From the human T2T-CHM13v2.0 reference genome, Homo sapiens, in assembly GCF_009914755.1 (NCBI RefSeq), contig NC_060937.1: a stretch of DNA of 64,000 nucleotides; one strand, 5' to 3'. A program made the position numbers and the translations under genes. Below the pieces are notes generated by a model. The model was given only the letters and a program-made list of their open reading frames with translations, searched no databases and was not told where the DNA came from. The stretch's first letter is position 1. The number at the start of each line of letters is the position of its first letter. Shown one piece after another: positions 13,371 to 26,038 of this stretch.

Positions 13371-14414
13371 TTGTTGCAGTTCTTATATTCTAATACTGTT
13401 TTCTTTTCCATTTTCCCCAGGAAACAAAAATGAACATGATCCTAAATTACACTTTATATTTCACATCCGCTAATAGGGCTGGTATTGGGAAACAGTGCCA
13501 AATATACAAGAGCCGAGCAGTTTTCTATTTGAGTATTTGTTTGCAAAACAAGCCCAGGCTAATGGAGGATCATTTGTAGGAAGCTAAGTCATGCTGGGTG
13601 CTCATTGATAACTTAGAAAGACTCTCTAGTTTGCATTCCCCCAACCCCCAGTTGGAGATAGTCATATGTGTTTCAATTAAAATATCCATTTACTTCCAGC
13701 TGGCAACGTTAGTATCCATTCTACCGACAGAGAGCAAAGGTCACAGGCTCCTGCCTGAGCAGACATTTTAAAAAATATGCCATTTGCCTTCCTTGTGAAG
13801 ATACCTTTGAGCCACCCATTGCAGGCTTGGGGAGAAGATTTTGAAGGGTCAAATTGCATGGGGACTTTCACCTTATTTACTGATATAGCTTTAGTAGCTG
13901 TTGGTCCAGATGCTGCAACTGCTGTTGCTTTGTGGATTGGGATTCAGCAGCAGCTGTTGTTCTTTGCTACAGCGTGTTTCTGAAATTCAAAATTTAATAG
14001 TCTGAGACCCTAGTCATTGAAAACTATGCTGAAAGTTAATTTGCTGAATCCAAGTTTATTTTCCTGCTAAGCCATAGTTTGTGATGGAGCCTTTCCCTTG
14101 TGATGCATAATAAAATGAAGAAAGGCCTTATTTAGTGCCGTTACCAGACTCAAGCAGGAGAGAATGCAGTAGTTACAGAGCCGGGCGTGGGCTTTGCTGC
14201 CTTGTAATTCGGCCTTACTCACATTTTTAGAATTTCAAATCTAGATCCCTTTATGCAAGATATTTGAAACAAATATAACATTTTAAACGTATAACATATG
14301 AAATTTAGCAATTTCAATACACATTTGCCTTTGAAATTGAAACAGGATACTATCATGAGAAAAGTTTAGAAAGACAACTAGATCTTAACTTCATTGCATA
14401 TAGCAACCTGATGA

Positions 14415-14528
14415 AACTCCAGTTTCTCTATCTCAAAAGATTAAAAATTAAATTCTACCATGGAGAGTTATTGTGAATTAAATGAGATAATATACATAAA
14501 GCACTTATTATCATCTTTGACACACAAT
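14415..14528 (+). mobile_element. MIR fragment
   Basis: cagtttctctatct...gttattgtgaattaaatgagataatatacataaagcactta. Confidence 0.65.
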
Positions 14529-14679
14529 TTGCTTTTACTATTTTTACCCCACTCATATTACTTTTATAAGGGTTTTCTGATAAAGAAAAAGCTCCTTTGT
14601 TTCCTTGGTTCATTTCTCAGAAGAAAATTAATTTTCTTGCCCAATAAATATGAAAATTCCTAATATTCAAATTCTTGTA

Positions 14680-14912
14680 GATAATATTTGTTAAGTAATA
14701 CTATGTGCCAGGCCCTATTTTAGGTGCTTTACGTGTGTTATCCCCTTCAGCCATCACAAAAATCCCATGAGGTGGGTGACATCATTACCTTTTCTGTTTC
14801 ATACTTGAGGAAGTTCTTACTTAGAAACATTAGGAATTTGCCTGAGGTCACATATTACAGACAGAAGTAGGAATTAATCCAGTCTATACCTGTTACCAAA
14901 CCCTACTTTCTC
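14680..14912 (-). mobile_element. MIR (near full length)
   Basis: ctatgtgccaggc...gtgctttac...cccatgaggt...tgaggaa...ttgcctgaggtcaca. Confidence 0.75.
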
Positions 14913-15827
14913 CATAAGGAAAACAAATCTAATTACCTTGGAATGAAGTATTTGAGCTTTGTTTCTGAAATTAAATATTCTTTCAGCAATGGGATTCTCA
15001 GGCAACTCTACCATTATGGCTTTTTCCATTTCCTGGAGTCTCTAGTGGGTAGACGAATTTATACTAATAAGTGATAAATGTTATTTTGTGAATAAGTCTT
15101 TGTTTTGGCATTCTCACTTCGACAATATTGGATATGATCCACTTAATTATGAAAAAAAATGAAAATCTTAAGCTTGACCTGTTCACATCAAGATAGACCT
15201 AGTTATAGATGCCACAAGTAAATCATGGTGGGAGGGATGGGGAGTGGGAAAACAGTATTTGGGAGATATAGCCACCAACAGCGATCCAACCAAGCAACCC
15301 ATATCCTTGCAAAGTTAACAGTAGTATCTACCAATATCCAGAGTTCCAGCACTGGAGATGCAGACAAAAATGATATGCAAATATGCACACAGATACAAAT
15401 GACCCTTGGGGAGGGGGTGGGAAAAACAAACAAACAAAACAGCCCTGGGCGCAGAGGCAGGATCCCAGTTTAACAGGAAATCAGAGCTCACATCTGTAGC
15501 TTGATGTATGTAACATATATGAAGATGAGATCTCAGACACAATAAACGAGACAGGACCAACTGGAACTGGCACTTAAGGTTGCAACTAAAGAGTAGCAAG
15601 TATAGCATTTGAAAGTAGAAATTCTTGAGTCATTCCTTGGTAATGTCAAGAAAAACGTCTGGAGCCTGGGCAGTACCTGAAGATGGGAGTCTGAGAATGA
15701 AAGAAAAAAAAAAAAAAGACTAATCCTGCCAGCAGAAAATTCATGGTTTGTCTATTCTTAGGAAATTATAAAAACTCTGTAGCATGGATAGACTTGCAAG
15801 TTGCCAGAGTTATATTCTAATGTATAA

Positions 15828-15962
15828 TTTTTTTTATTTCAATAGGTTTTTGGGGAACAGGTAGTGTTTGGTTACATGAATAAGTTCTTCAGTGGTGATT
15901 TCTGAGATTTTCGTGCACCCTTCACCGAAGCACTATACCCTGTACCCAATGAGTAGTCTTTT
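15828..15962 (-). mobile_element. L1PB1/2-like short 3' end
   Basis: ttttatttcaataggtttttggggaacagg...gtggtgatttctgagatttt...tgtacccaatg. Confidence 0.85.
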
Positions 15963-17585
15963 TTAATATAAAACTTTGAGATATATTTCTTTATATTTCA
16001 TACTTTAGCTCACATTTTTCACACAAAATTTTATTAGATATTTTATACTTTAACTCATAAAGGAAATGGTATAATACATGATAACGTTTCCATTAAGACT
16101 AAGGATGAAATAGTTAAAACTTGTAAAGATTCTGTAAAACCTTAAAAAAGAGTAACCTTTATTTCATTAATATTTAACTTTTTTTCCTAATCCTAGTAAA
16201 TATCATGTAAACTTTCTGTGTACTCAAACCTTGCTTTAAATGTCAGCAGATATTGTATTTATATATACATGAAGGAGTCATATATATAGGTAACTGGTAA
16301 TGGTATTTGATTTGGGGAATGAAAATAGTCTTTGGGAGCAGCAATAAGAGAAAAGTCCTTTTGTACCTTTTGAATATTTGATAATATATATGAATTGAAT
16401 TACCTATTAAAATATTTTAAAGAAGAACAATGCAGCAATGCTAAAGAAAACTGAAAATCTTCAAATTCAGTTATTTACAAGACGCTAGAAGCAGGTTGTG
16501 AAAGTCTTTTGCTTTTCTACACCCCACTTTCAATTTAAAAGTGACCATGTTCACGTCAAAACCAATGTTAAAGCACTTCTAATTTCAGTGAAATAATTTT
16601 TTTTCCCTTCTTCTGAAGAACACTTTTTACCTTCTATGAAGTGAATGACTGTGACATTTGGATGTTGCAGAGTTTCTTGTTAAGTATATTTTGTACATGA
16701 ATTACTTCCAGGAAAAGGTCAGTTCAATGTTTAAAGATTTTTCATACAAAATAACTAAAACAGACCTCTTAGGAATTGCCCACTCCTCACCCCTGTTATT
16801 AATACCCTAAGTCTATTTGTTAATTCTCTGCTGTTGTTTTAAATATTTACAAATTTCCCTATCCTTTTCTGTGCCGTTTCAAAATATAAACTTAGTTTTT
16901 CTTAACCTGAAACCTTAGATAGTAAAAAAGAAAACAAAAAACATTCCCTCAGAATGTAGCATTTTTGTCAATTTCCCTTTTTCAACATTGTCAAAATGTT
17001 GGATTTCATTGTAATTTGCCTGCAAGTCTCTGTCTTTATATTCAGTTTTATTTTTTTCTCCCACTTGCCCCCAACTTCACAGACTGTGAACCTGACTTCA
17101 GTGCCTTTAACTTCCATGGACCTGTGTCTCCATTTCTGCCCTCCCTTTATCTGTTGAAAGGGGGGAGAAGCAGCACTCAGTGTAACATTCTGTAATTTTC
17201 GACTTCAATTATGTACCTGCTCCACCTCAGCAGGTGTTGGCCCCACTGCAATTGGGGAAATGAAAAGCGTGCAAGGAAAACATAGAAAGAAATGTGTGGG
17301 GTCTGGTTCATTGCTTATATGGCAACATTTTAACAATAAACTTGTTTCTTGGATAAAGGAATATATATTCTTTGGATTAACAAATTTAAACTTCTCACTC
17401 AACTCTTTGCCTTTTCCAATAATTGAGAGTATCTTGATCGTTTCTTCATTAGGAAGTGTCTGCTTTCTTGATTCTCAAGGACGTCATTCCTCAATTGGGC
17501 TTTGAAAAAGTGTGTTGATATTTCTTTTTATCTAAGGACCCTCAGCATCTTTACAAATATAGACTCCTTAAAAACACATCTGGTC

Positions 17586-17996
<411 letters not shown>

Positions 17997-18471
17997 TTAT
18001 GGCTGAACTAAGACCATAAACTGATAGTAAGCAACTCCTACCTGAACATAAGGCACTGCCATCTGCATTTAAGAGATTGGAGAAATGAAGAGGCAGAGAT
18101 ATGCTGTAAAATTTTTATGTTTCCTTGTAATAATCATGCTGCAAGCCACTGATAACTGCAAGAGCAGTTACTACCTAAATGTTATTCAGTAGCTTATGAA
18201 GATATTTTGATAGGTACTATTCTTTCAAAGTTAAGTCCTTAAACATGTGCTAATGAAACACACTGAATATTGTTAGTGTTTTTATATAAAAAGCATTTTT
18301 AATGACAACGTCAAATAAATTTCACTCTATTAAATATGATAGTGCTCCACTGATAACACTTTTAGAAAGTAATTAGTAATTCAGCATGTTAAGGGAATCC
18401 CTCCTCTTCAGAGATGCATGTGTAAGGTGAATGCAACAAAATGAAAAATCTAGTTGTCAAGTTGGAGAAAG

Positions 18472-19127
18472 TTTTTTTTTTTTGCTTGGTTTTTTTTTAT
18501 GACTTTTTTTTCTTTTTGTTATTATACTTTAATTTCAGGGATACATGTGCAGAACATGCAGGTTTGTTACATAGGTAAGCATGTGCCATGGTGGTTTGCT
18601 GCAACCATCAACCCATCATCTACATTAGGTATTTCTCCTAAAGCTATCCCTCCCCTTGCCCCCTCCCCTTGACAGGCCCTGGTGTGTGATGTTCCCCTCC
18701 CTGTACCCATATGTTCTCATTATTCAACTCCCAGTTAGGAGTGAGAACATGTACTGTTTGGTTTTCTGTTCCTGTGTTAGTTTGCTGAGAATGATGGTTT
18801 CAGGCTTCATCCATGTCCCTGAAAAGAGCATGAACTCATTCTTTTTTACGGCTGCATAGTATTCCATGGTGTATACGTGCCACATTTTCTTTATCCAGTC
18901 TATCATTGATGGGCATTTAGGTTGGTTCCAAGTCTTTGTTATTGTGAACAGTGCTGTAATAACCATACGTGTGCATGTGTCTTTATAGTAGAATGATTTA
19001 TAATCCTTTGAGTATATACCCAGTAATGGGATCACTGGGTCAAACGATATTTCTAGTTCTAGATCCTTGAGGAATTGCCACGCTGTCTTCCACAATGGTT
19101 GAACTAATTTACACCTCCATCAACAGT
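18472..19127 (-). mobile_element. L1PA7/8-like 5'-truncated L1
   Basis: T-tail, 3' UTR and ORF2 C-terminus; ORF 18724-19095 (-) translates as the L1 ORF2p C-terminus ([17 protein letters not shown]...EYYAAVKKNEFM). Confidence 0.95.
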
Positions 19128-19420
19128 CGTATTAACAATTACAATAATAATACAATATGTGCTGTAACAGACACACAGGCCATATTCTGGAAACAATGAA
19201 GATGGAGTGACTACCTTGTTTGTTTGAGTCAAAGGAGTTCTTAGCAGAGCTGATGGACTCTATTGAATTTTAGCATGAGAATAGCAATTTACTAGGAGTT
19301 AAAGATTGTTTGAAGTAGCGCATAAGGGATAAAATATGTAAAAATTTTTAAATACATTTGGCCCCTACAACATTTTGTTAGACATAAAATAATCTTGTTA
19401 GCCTATTGTTCTATTGAAAC

Positions 19421-19564
19421 TTTTTTTTTTGTATTTTTCTTTTTTTAGTAGAGACAGGGTGTCACCATCTTAGCCAGGATGGTCTCGATCTCCTGACCTC
19501 ATGATCTGCCCGCCTCGGCCTCCCAAAGCACTGGGATTACAGGTGTGAGCCTCTGCACCCGGCC
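19421..19564 (-). mobile_element. AluY/Sc8-type left monomer only, with TSD
   Basis: ttagccaggatggtctcgatctcctgacctcatgatc; flanked by CTATTGAAAC at 19411-19420 and 19564-19573. Confidence 0.92.
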
Positions 19565-21209
19565 TATTGAAACACTGTTTAGGAGATATTTTATATTCAA
19601 AACATTTTGAATACACTACACTTCTTTTAGATTAGAAATTTATATTTCAGTACATTGCTTCTGAGATAAACTTGAAATACCAGTTAAATTTTACCCTATT
19701 TATTGTTAGAATAAAACTGTCATCTTAGATTGGTCAACAGATATTTGCTTTATAAGCACAGAAATTAGGCTTTTTAGACCTAGTTATTCTATAGAAATTA
19801 GTGGTTCAGCTGGTTTGGTGGCTCACCATGGTCATACATAGACTCATTGTTCCTTTGGCAGTCCATAACATGCCAAGCTCATAGTTTTACCCCACCATGA
19901 CCCAAGAATAGCAACTTGATGTTCTAAGAGAAACCAATAATACAGATTCCTTGATAGTGCTATTTATAGGTGGTATGGTTTAGTTCATCAGCATAAGGAC
20001 AATGGAAACTTTCTATAAGTGAATGGCATTTAACTGAGAAGATGCATCCATTTGAGTGTGTCTTTCAAGATGCATCTTCTAAACTTTGAAGGGATTCAGA
20101 TACTCCCTCCAAAGATGTACTAGTTACCTCCACTTACCAAGTAATAGGCTGCCTGCATTTTTTATTCCACTTTTAGAAGTATTCATTGTGGCTTTTTGTA
20201 ACTATGAGATTAATATTAAATCTTATTAACTAGGGAAAGATAACGAGTATATCTCTCTTTTTAATTGTTATGTTCAGGCATGCTCTCGGTCCCACAAAAC
20301 TTTTGATTTTGATGAGCAGAGTACATGCCCAACATGATTTTGATTCCTTAATACTGATTATATTGAACTGGTGAGCAAATATCTCCCTTGGAGATGTCAA
20401 GCTCAAGAGCAATAGATGCTGAGGTAGAAGGGAAGAGAAAGACAGAATTTATGCGACTGTTCTATACACATACCATGAGGAACAAAGAGGGGAGAAAGTT
20501 AAAGGAAACAGTCACTGGGGCAGAAACCACAAAAATAAGGCAGTGAATAAAAGAGAAGATATCCAGAGTTGAGAGCTGAGCTGTACTGCCATGAAAATCT
20601 AGCTCGGTGTGAGACCTCTGCACATCCTTACAACAAATATCTACAACTTAAAGTAACCTGAGGCTGTCTCTGTCTGGCATACTAAAAGAAGATGACCCAT
20701 CCAGTTTAATCATATACTACGATTTTAAGACATTGATTTCATCAGTATTTCTAAAACTAATGATTCTCTTCATTAACTGATTATTACCACCTTTAGACTA
20801 GAATCTGCTTGCTCCTGTGTTTCTTTGCCTTTTCATGTTTTAGTTTTATCTATGCATCCCAGCCTACTTATTGGAGGTAGATAGAGGATTGGAGAGTTGC
20901 AAAGATAGGGAAAGGAACTTGTATCAAGTCCAGGCATAACTGCCACTACCTCCAGTCCTGATGTGCATCTACAAAGAACGCTTTAGCATATGGGTAGAGC
21001 CTAACACAAGACTTTTTTCAAAGATCTTAAGGCTAGTTTTGTTTGAAATATTTTGATACCTTCATTTACATAGAATGGATTTTGAACCTACCATAATTGT
21101 AGACCTGAACATGATATAATAGTCTTTATTCCTGAAGATAAATAAGATTATAATTAACTGTGGGATCATTAATGGACTAGAACACTAGTCAACAATAAAA
21201 AAGAGGGTT

Positions 21210-21345
21210 AACACAATGTAACAGCACTTGTCTGATTCGTAAGTCATTTGGCTCTTGCACTTAATCACATGACCCTAAGAAGTCATTTAACTTATTTGAG
21301 CCTTAGTTTACACACTTGTCACTTGGGGATAATGTTAATACATAT
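21210..21345 (+). mobile_element. MIR fragment
   Basis: tgacccta.gaagtcatttaactt...gagccttagttt...ggggataat. Confidence 0.55.
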
Positions 21346-22569
21346 AAAGGAATTCATCTATGTGGCATTAAAGAGAATTTCAATCAACTTCCTCATTCTT
21401 GATCTGATCACTGATAAGATTGAACTTGAGAAAACATAGAAATCCTCATTTTTAAAACCTCACTGCTCAAAGTAAAGTAAGCAAGAGTAGGCAACCACCA
21501 GGAGCGAATGAACATCTCATTCTCTATGGTTGTAGGTCACTGTCCTAGGATCTAGCAATTTGTTTCCCTAAGAAAACTAAGTTATCTTCATAACTTAGTT
21601 ATCTTAATAACTAATATTAATAGCATATTAATAACTCATTAACATCAAGAAGAAAAGAGAAAAATCTCTTTTATTTGTTAAATGTTATTTGTATACTTTT
21701 TGTACATGACAATATGCCTTATGAATAATTTCAAAAAATATAGGTGATAAAGTTACCAATTATAATAAAAATATCCTATTCAGAATTTGTGTGAAAATAA
21801 ATTAAGATATCTTGTGTAAGTGCGTGTGTTTGAATTACCTTCAAAATATAAAGTATCTTTATACCTGTTGGACACAATAAGGACTACCCATGATATTAAT
21901 TGAATCGGTCATTACTCATTGTTAATCTCTTGACTATCTTAAGATTTATTTTTGTAAATATACCACATTATTTAATGTCACTGAATATTTTGATGGTGCT
22001 GTTCCAATGTCAAATAACTGCCAGAGTTTTAGAGAAAGCTTGCCTTTCATGCATATTTAAGTTTCCATTGTACTTCAGCTCATCCTAAAGAAAGATATTG
22101 CCATTAACCATATATCCTTGCAATAGCAGTTATGTCTGAAAGAAGTAATGTGCAGTAGAATATGCAGCATAAATGTCTATACTTCTGTATTAATTATTGA
22201 CCCAAGGTTAAATGTATGCACATGAATGCTGATGTTCTTGGTTGTAATGGGTTGAATTTAATTACTTATTTATTCCTTTGTTGTTATCAGTACCCACTAG
22301 TGAATACCTACCTTAAGTAAATCTACTGCTTGTTCATCAATACATGGGAAAACACCAGCATTATGGCACAGATGTTTATGTATTATGCAGAGTTATTATA
22401 TCGACTTACAAAAGGCAATGCTAATGGCCATGCCATTCGATGTTCTATAAATAGTCATTTTTGAATGTGAAAATGTGAAGATGAGAGACAAAGAGAGCAT
22501 ATACTAGGCATCAAGCACTGTATTAGAAAAGTGAATGTTTTCTGTTCTGCTCTGTGGAGTAGGTAAAGC

Positions 22570-22715
22570 AGAAACAGTTGAGTGAGTAGATATCACAGGA
22601 AGTAAGATTTCTACATATAACAAAGAACTTTTTCACACAGTTAGAGCTGCCTTTGGGAATTCTGAATTTGCCAACATTGGACGCATTTACAAAGAAGCTA
22701 CATTTGTTTTTCAGG
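22570..22715 (+). mobile_element. L3/CR1 3' relic
   Basis: aggaagtaagattt...aaagaacttttt...cagttagagctg...ttgccaacattgga.gcatttac resembles the L3 3' end. Confidence 0.45.
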
Positions 22716-22727
22716 TATGTTTTAAAG

Positions 22728-23251
22728 CAGTAGTTTTCAGATTATTTGCAAAATGAAACAATTCTTTCAAATGGAATATTACACAAAAATCCAATCTCTA
22801 ATACTGAGAGAAACAATAGAACATAAATATAAATTTGTCTTATAATTAATATTAACAATAATTTACTTACTCGTAATTCAATTATTGGTTTGACGAGAGT
22901 CCTGATGTTGGTCTCCAGTATGTTAAAATCTGGGATTTAACATTTTTCAGTGTGTGTAGTGTTTGTCTTATTACATATATATATATTTTTTAATTGTGAA
23001 ATTCTAATCAAGCATTTGAGTCACCTATGAAGTCCTGGAATATTGTTCTAATATCAGCGTTGCAGAAAGAAGTCCTGCCCTGTATTGAGTGGAAGAGGTA
23101 ACAGGGAGATCTAGATTTGGCTCATCACTGCCAACTTTCTCTAACATTCTCGTCCCAAGCCTAGCTCTCAATGCGCAAACAGGCATACATGTACACGTGT
23201 GCACATACATACATGCACACTACTTAAGGCTGCCCTAGTTTGAAAGCTCTG
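22728..23251. mobile_element. Possible hAT-Charlie-like fossil
   Basis: Degenerate termini cagtagttttcaga ... tttgaaagctctg; see finding. Confidence 0.3.
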
Positions 23252-24334
23252 ATTCTGCTGATTAACTATTCATACATGAGAATTAAATTTAGAATGTTTT
23301 CATTTAGGGTAAATTTGCATGGAGGGAAATCTTGTTTTAATTATCTCAGCTGAAATTGGTTCACTTAAGATTGTAATATACCAGAAAATCATTATCAGGA
23401 ATTTGTTTTATATAATTTTATGCCTCTTACAAATTTATAACTTCAGAAATCCATTTACTTTACAATGACTGTTTCAAGATGTGATATTGTAGTTGTAACA
23501 GAATCTGCATGAAGGAACTAAGACCACAGGGAAGGATTTAACTATTTTGATTTAATGATGTGACTAAAATTCATTTTTTAAAGTCTTAATAAAGAGATGC
23601 AGACTCTAATTGCTGATTAACACATTGTTTTTCTCTAAGCCCTTCACATGGAATATAATTTGAAGGTCGTGATAACCTCTCATCCACAGTTTTTCACTGC
23701 CTTTGCTTATATAGGTATTTTCTTCATGTTTTAGATGGGAAAGGGAACAGAGGTTTTGGATGACTAGATAATTTTCTGGTGAACGAGCACAATGATCCAT
23801 TTTATTCACAAATTAAACTTCAGAATATTATTGATTTGCTGGTCTCACATTTGATACTACTTTTCAAAAAATGATTTCATATTTTAAAAGACATGATCTA
23901 GTTTTACCATTATAACTCTGCAAAGTGGCATTATTTTTGTCATTTTAGAATTGAGATAATTGAATCTTCAAACTATAGCTGGGCCAAGAAGCTCAATCTG
24001 AGCTTACATCTAAGCCTCCTTTCACTGGCTCACTGTTGTCCCAGACTTACACCATTTGTTCATCATAAATGTGTACCAGATTCAATTCAAGGAAACTGAG
24101 GAAGCACAGTACCTGTAGACTTTCAGGAAGCCCTTTGAGCAGTCTTCTGTGTGCTACTAAAGGATATAGGTTGGGAGTTTATGACTGTTATGCATTTGTG
24201 GTGCTTTTTATTTTTAACTTGTGGGAGAGTTAATTCATGATTCAGAACCATCATATATGTACCCTTTCACATCAGAAATGTAGGGGACCCTTGGGGATAA
24301 AATGAAACAAATGAGAACTTGGAATGATATATAC

Positions 24335-24518
24335 CAGTGGTCCTTAAACTGTGGTTCCCAGATCAGCAGCATCCACATCACAGGTAGCTTGTTAGAAGTA
24401 CCTGTTCTTGGGCCCCATCCCAGATCTGCTAAACAGATACTCCTAAGGGTATGACCCCGCAATCTGTGATGTGACAAGTCTAATGATTTTGATGCAGGTG
24501 ACAGTTTGACAAACATTG
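24335..24518 (+). mobile_element. MER5A (hAT-Charlie MITE)
   Basis: cagtggtccttaaactgtgg...cagcagcatc...gggccccatcccaga...agtttgacaaacattg. Confidence 0.85.
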
Positions 24519-25009
24519 CTATAGAATTCTTAAGCTTCAAGGAGTATTTAGAAACTTATATTATTCCATAGAAAAATAAAAACTATAGAAGGATATAAAT
24601 TCTCAGAGATAGTATACCTAATTGGTTTGTGAAGATTAGTTGAATAAGCAGTCTTTTGTATTTTTTCTCACAGAACGAACCTTTAGATCTCAATATACTC
24701 TTTGTTAAGCCAGAACTTTATATTTTCAGAACAGTTTTGCTCTGTGCTTGAACTATGATCACAAAAAAGTTTCTTTTTGCTTTTTCTTTCATGTTAAATT
24801 CCTTGTATCTCATGACTATAGAAGAAGAACTAAATTGGCATAGAACTTCATAAAAGAGAGCCCACAACATTAGAAAGATAGCAGGTCAGTTAAGATGAAA
24901 TTGTCCTGGGCACATCAGGTCAGAATCAGATATCAACTGAAGTGGTGAAGGAGGCAGGGGAAAAGGTTAGAGTATTTCAAGTCATAATAGCAAGAATGTT
25001 CTGTAAAAA

Positions 25010-25240
25010 GTCAATAGATATCTATTGAGTGCATATTGTATGCCATACAATTTTCTAGGCACTTGAGATATTTATCAGTGGGAAAAAAAGACAAAGATCC
25101 CTGCTTGGATAGGTTATATTATATTCAGGGATACAGATGGTATGTGATGAACACTATAAATAGGTAAATTATAATATACATTAGAAATTGATAGCATTAT
25201 GGAAGAAATATTTAAAAAAAACAGAAAGGGAATGTGGTGC
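25010..25240 (-). mobile_element. L2a 3' fragment
   Basis: tattgagtgc.tattgtatgcca...ctaggcacttgagata...aagacaaagatccctgc. Confidence 0.65.
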
Positions 25241-26038
25241 CAAGATTGTAAATAGCAATGTTATGGATAATGTGTAAAGTCACATGAGACAGGCCCTCTT
25301 TCAATAGAATAGATTTATTTAGCAACTTTTAGCAATGGTTGTATTTGTAGACTGTATGGTGGCTCTGTCTACATCCAGTACTCCCCAAACCTGATGGATT
25401 TTAATATCTGGGAAACTACAAAAAAAAAAGTTTAAATTTTATTTTAATGGAAATGGGGCTTTTATATAGAAGAGATTTTCAAAACCAACCAATCAAACAG
25501 TAACAACAAAAACAAAACTTGAACACACACCTAGGAAAGCACGTAAGTCGATAAAATGAGAAAAAAGGGCTAGGTACTGGGTAAGATTGAGCAATCGAGA
25601 CCTAGTTCATTAATAAATTTTAGAGCCAGATGCCTCTTTTATGTAGCTTCTGGATCCTGCTGCCAAAGGTGGCTGTGTTTTAACAGGAAGCTTCTTCCCC
25701 CAACACACCCACATATACCAATTAATACTGATAAGTAATTTTGACAAAGGACTTCACGTTTTGCCTTTTTTTCTTCCCTTTCTCTGCTCATCCATTTCTA
25801 CAGCAAACTGTGGAAATTAAACTTAATCTACTGATGTGTGATCCATTGTCTTTAGGAGATCGTAAATGTCCTCTAACAGGATTGAGTTGAGAGACATGAG
25901 GTGTCTTTCTAAGAAATTGGTCATAATAACACCCGATTGCCAATAATGCTGTTTTTATGGGAGGTGTTTTTTAATGGCATATGTTCAAGTATCCTACGAA
26001 CTTTGGTGTGGATGTCTTGTAATAGTTTTGTGTAAGAG

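Noticed and set aside
13915-13957. Hairpin gcaactgctgttg / cagcagcagctgt as a possible pre-miRNA
   Set aside because: Only 13 bp with a mismatch and wobbles, built on CAG/CTG triplets; too short for a Drosha substrate, and no miRNA recognised
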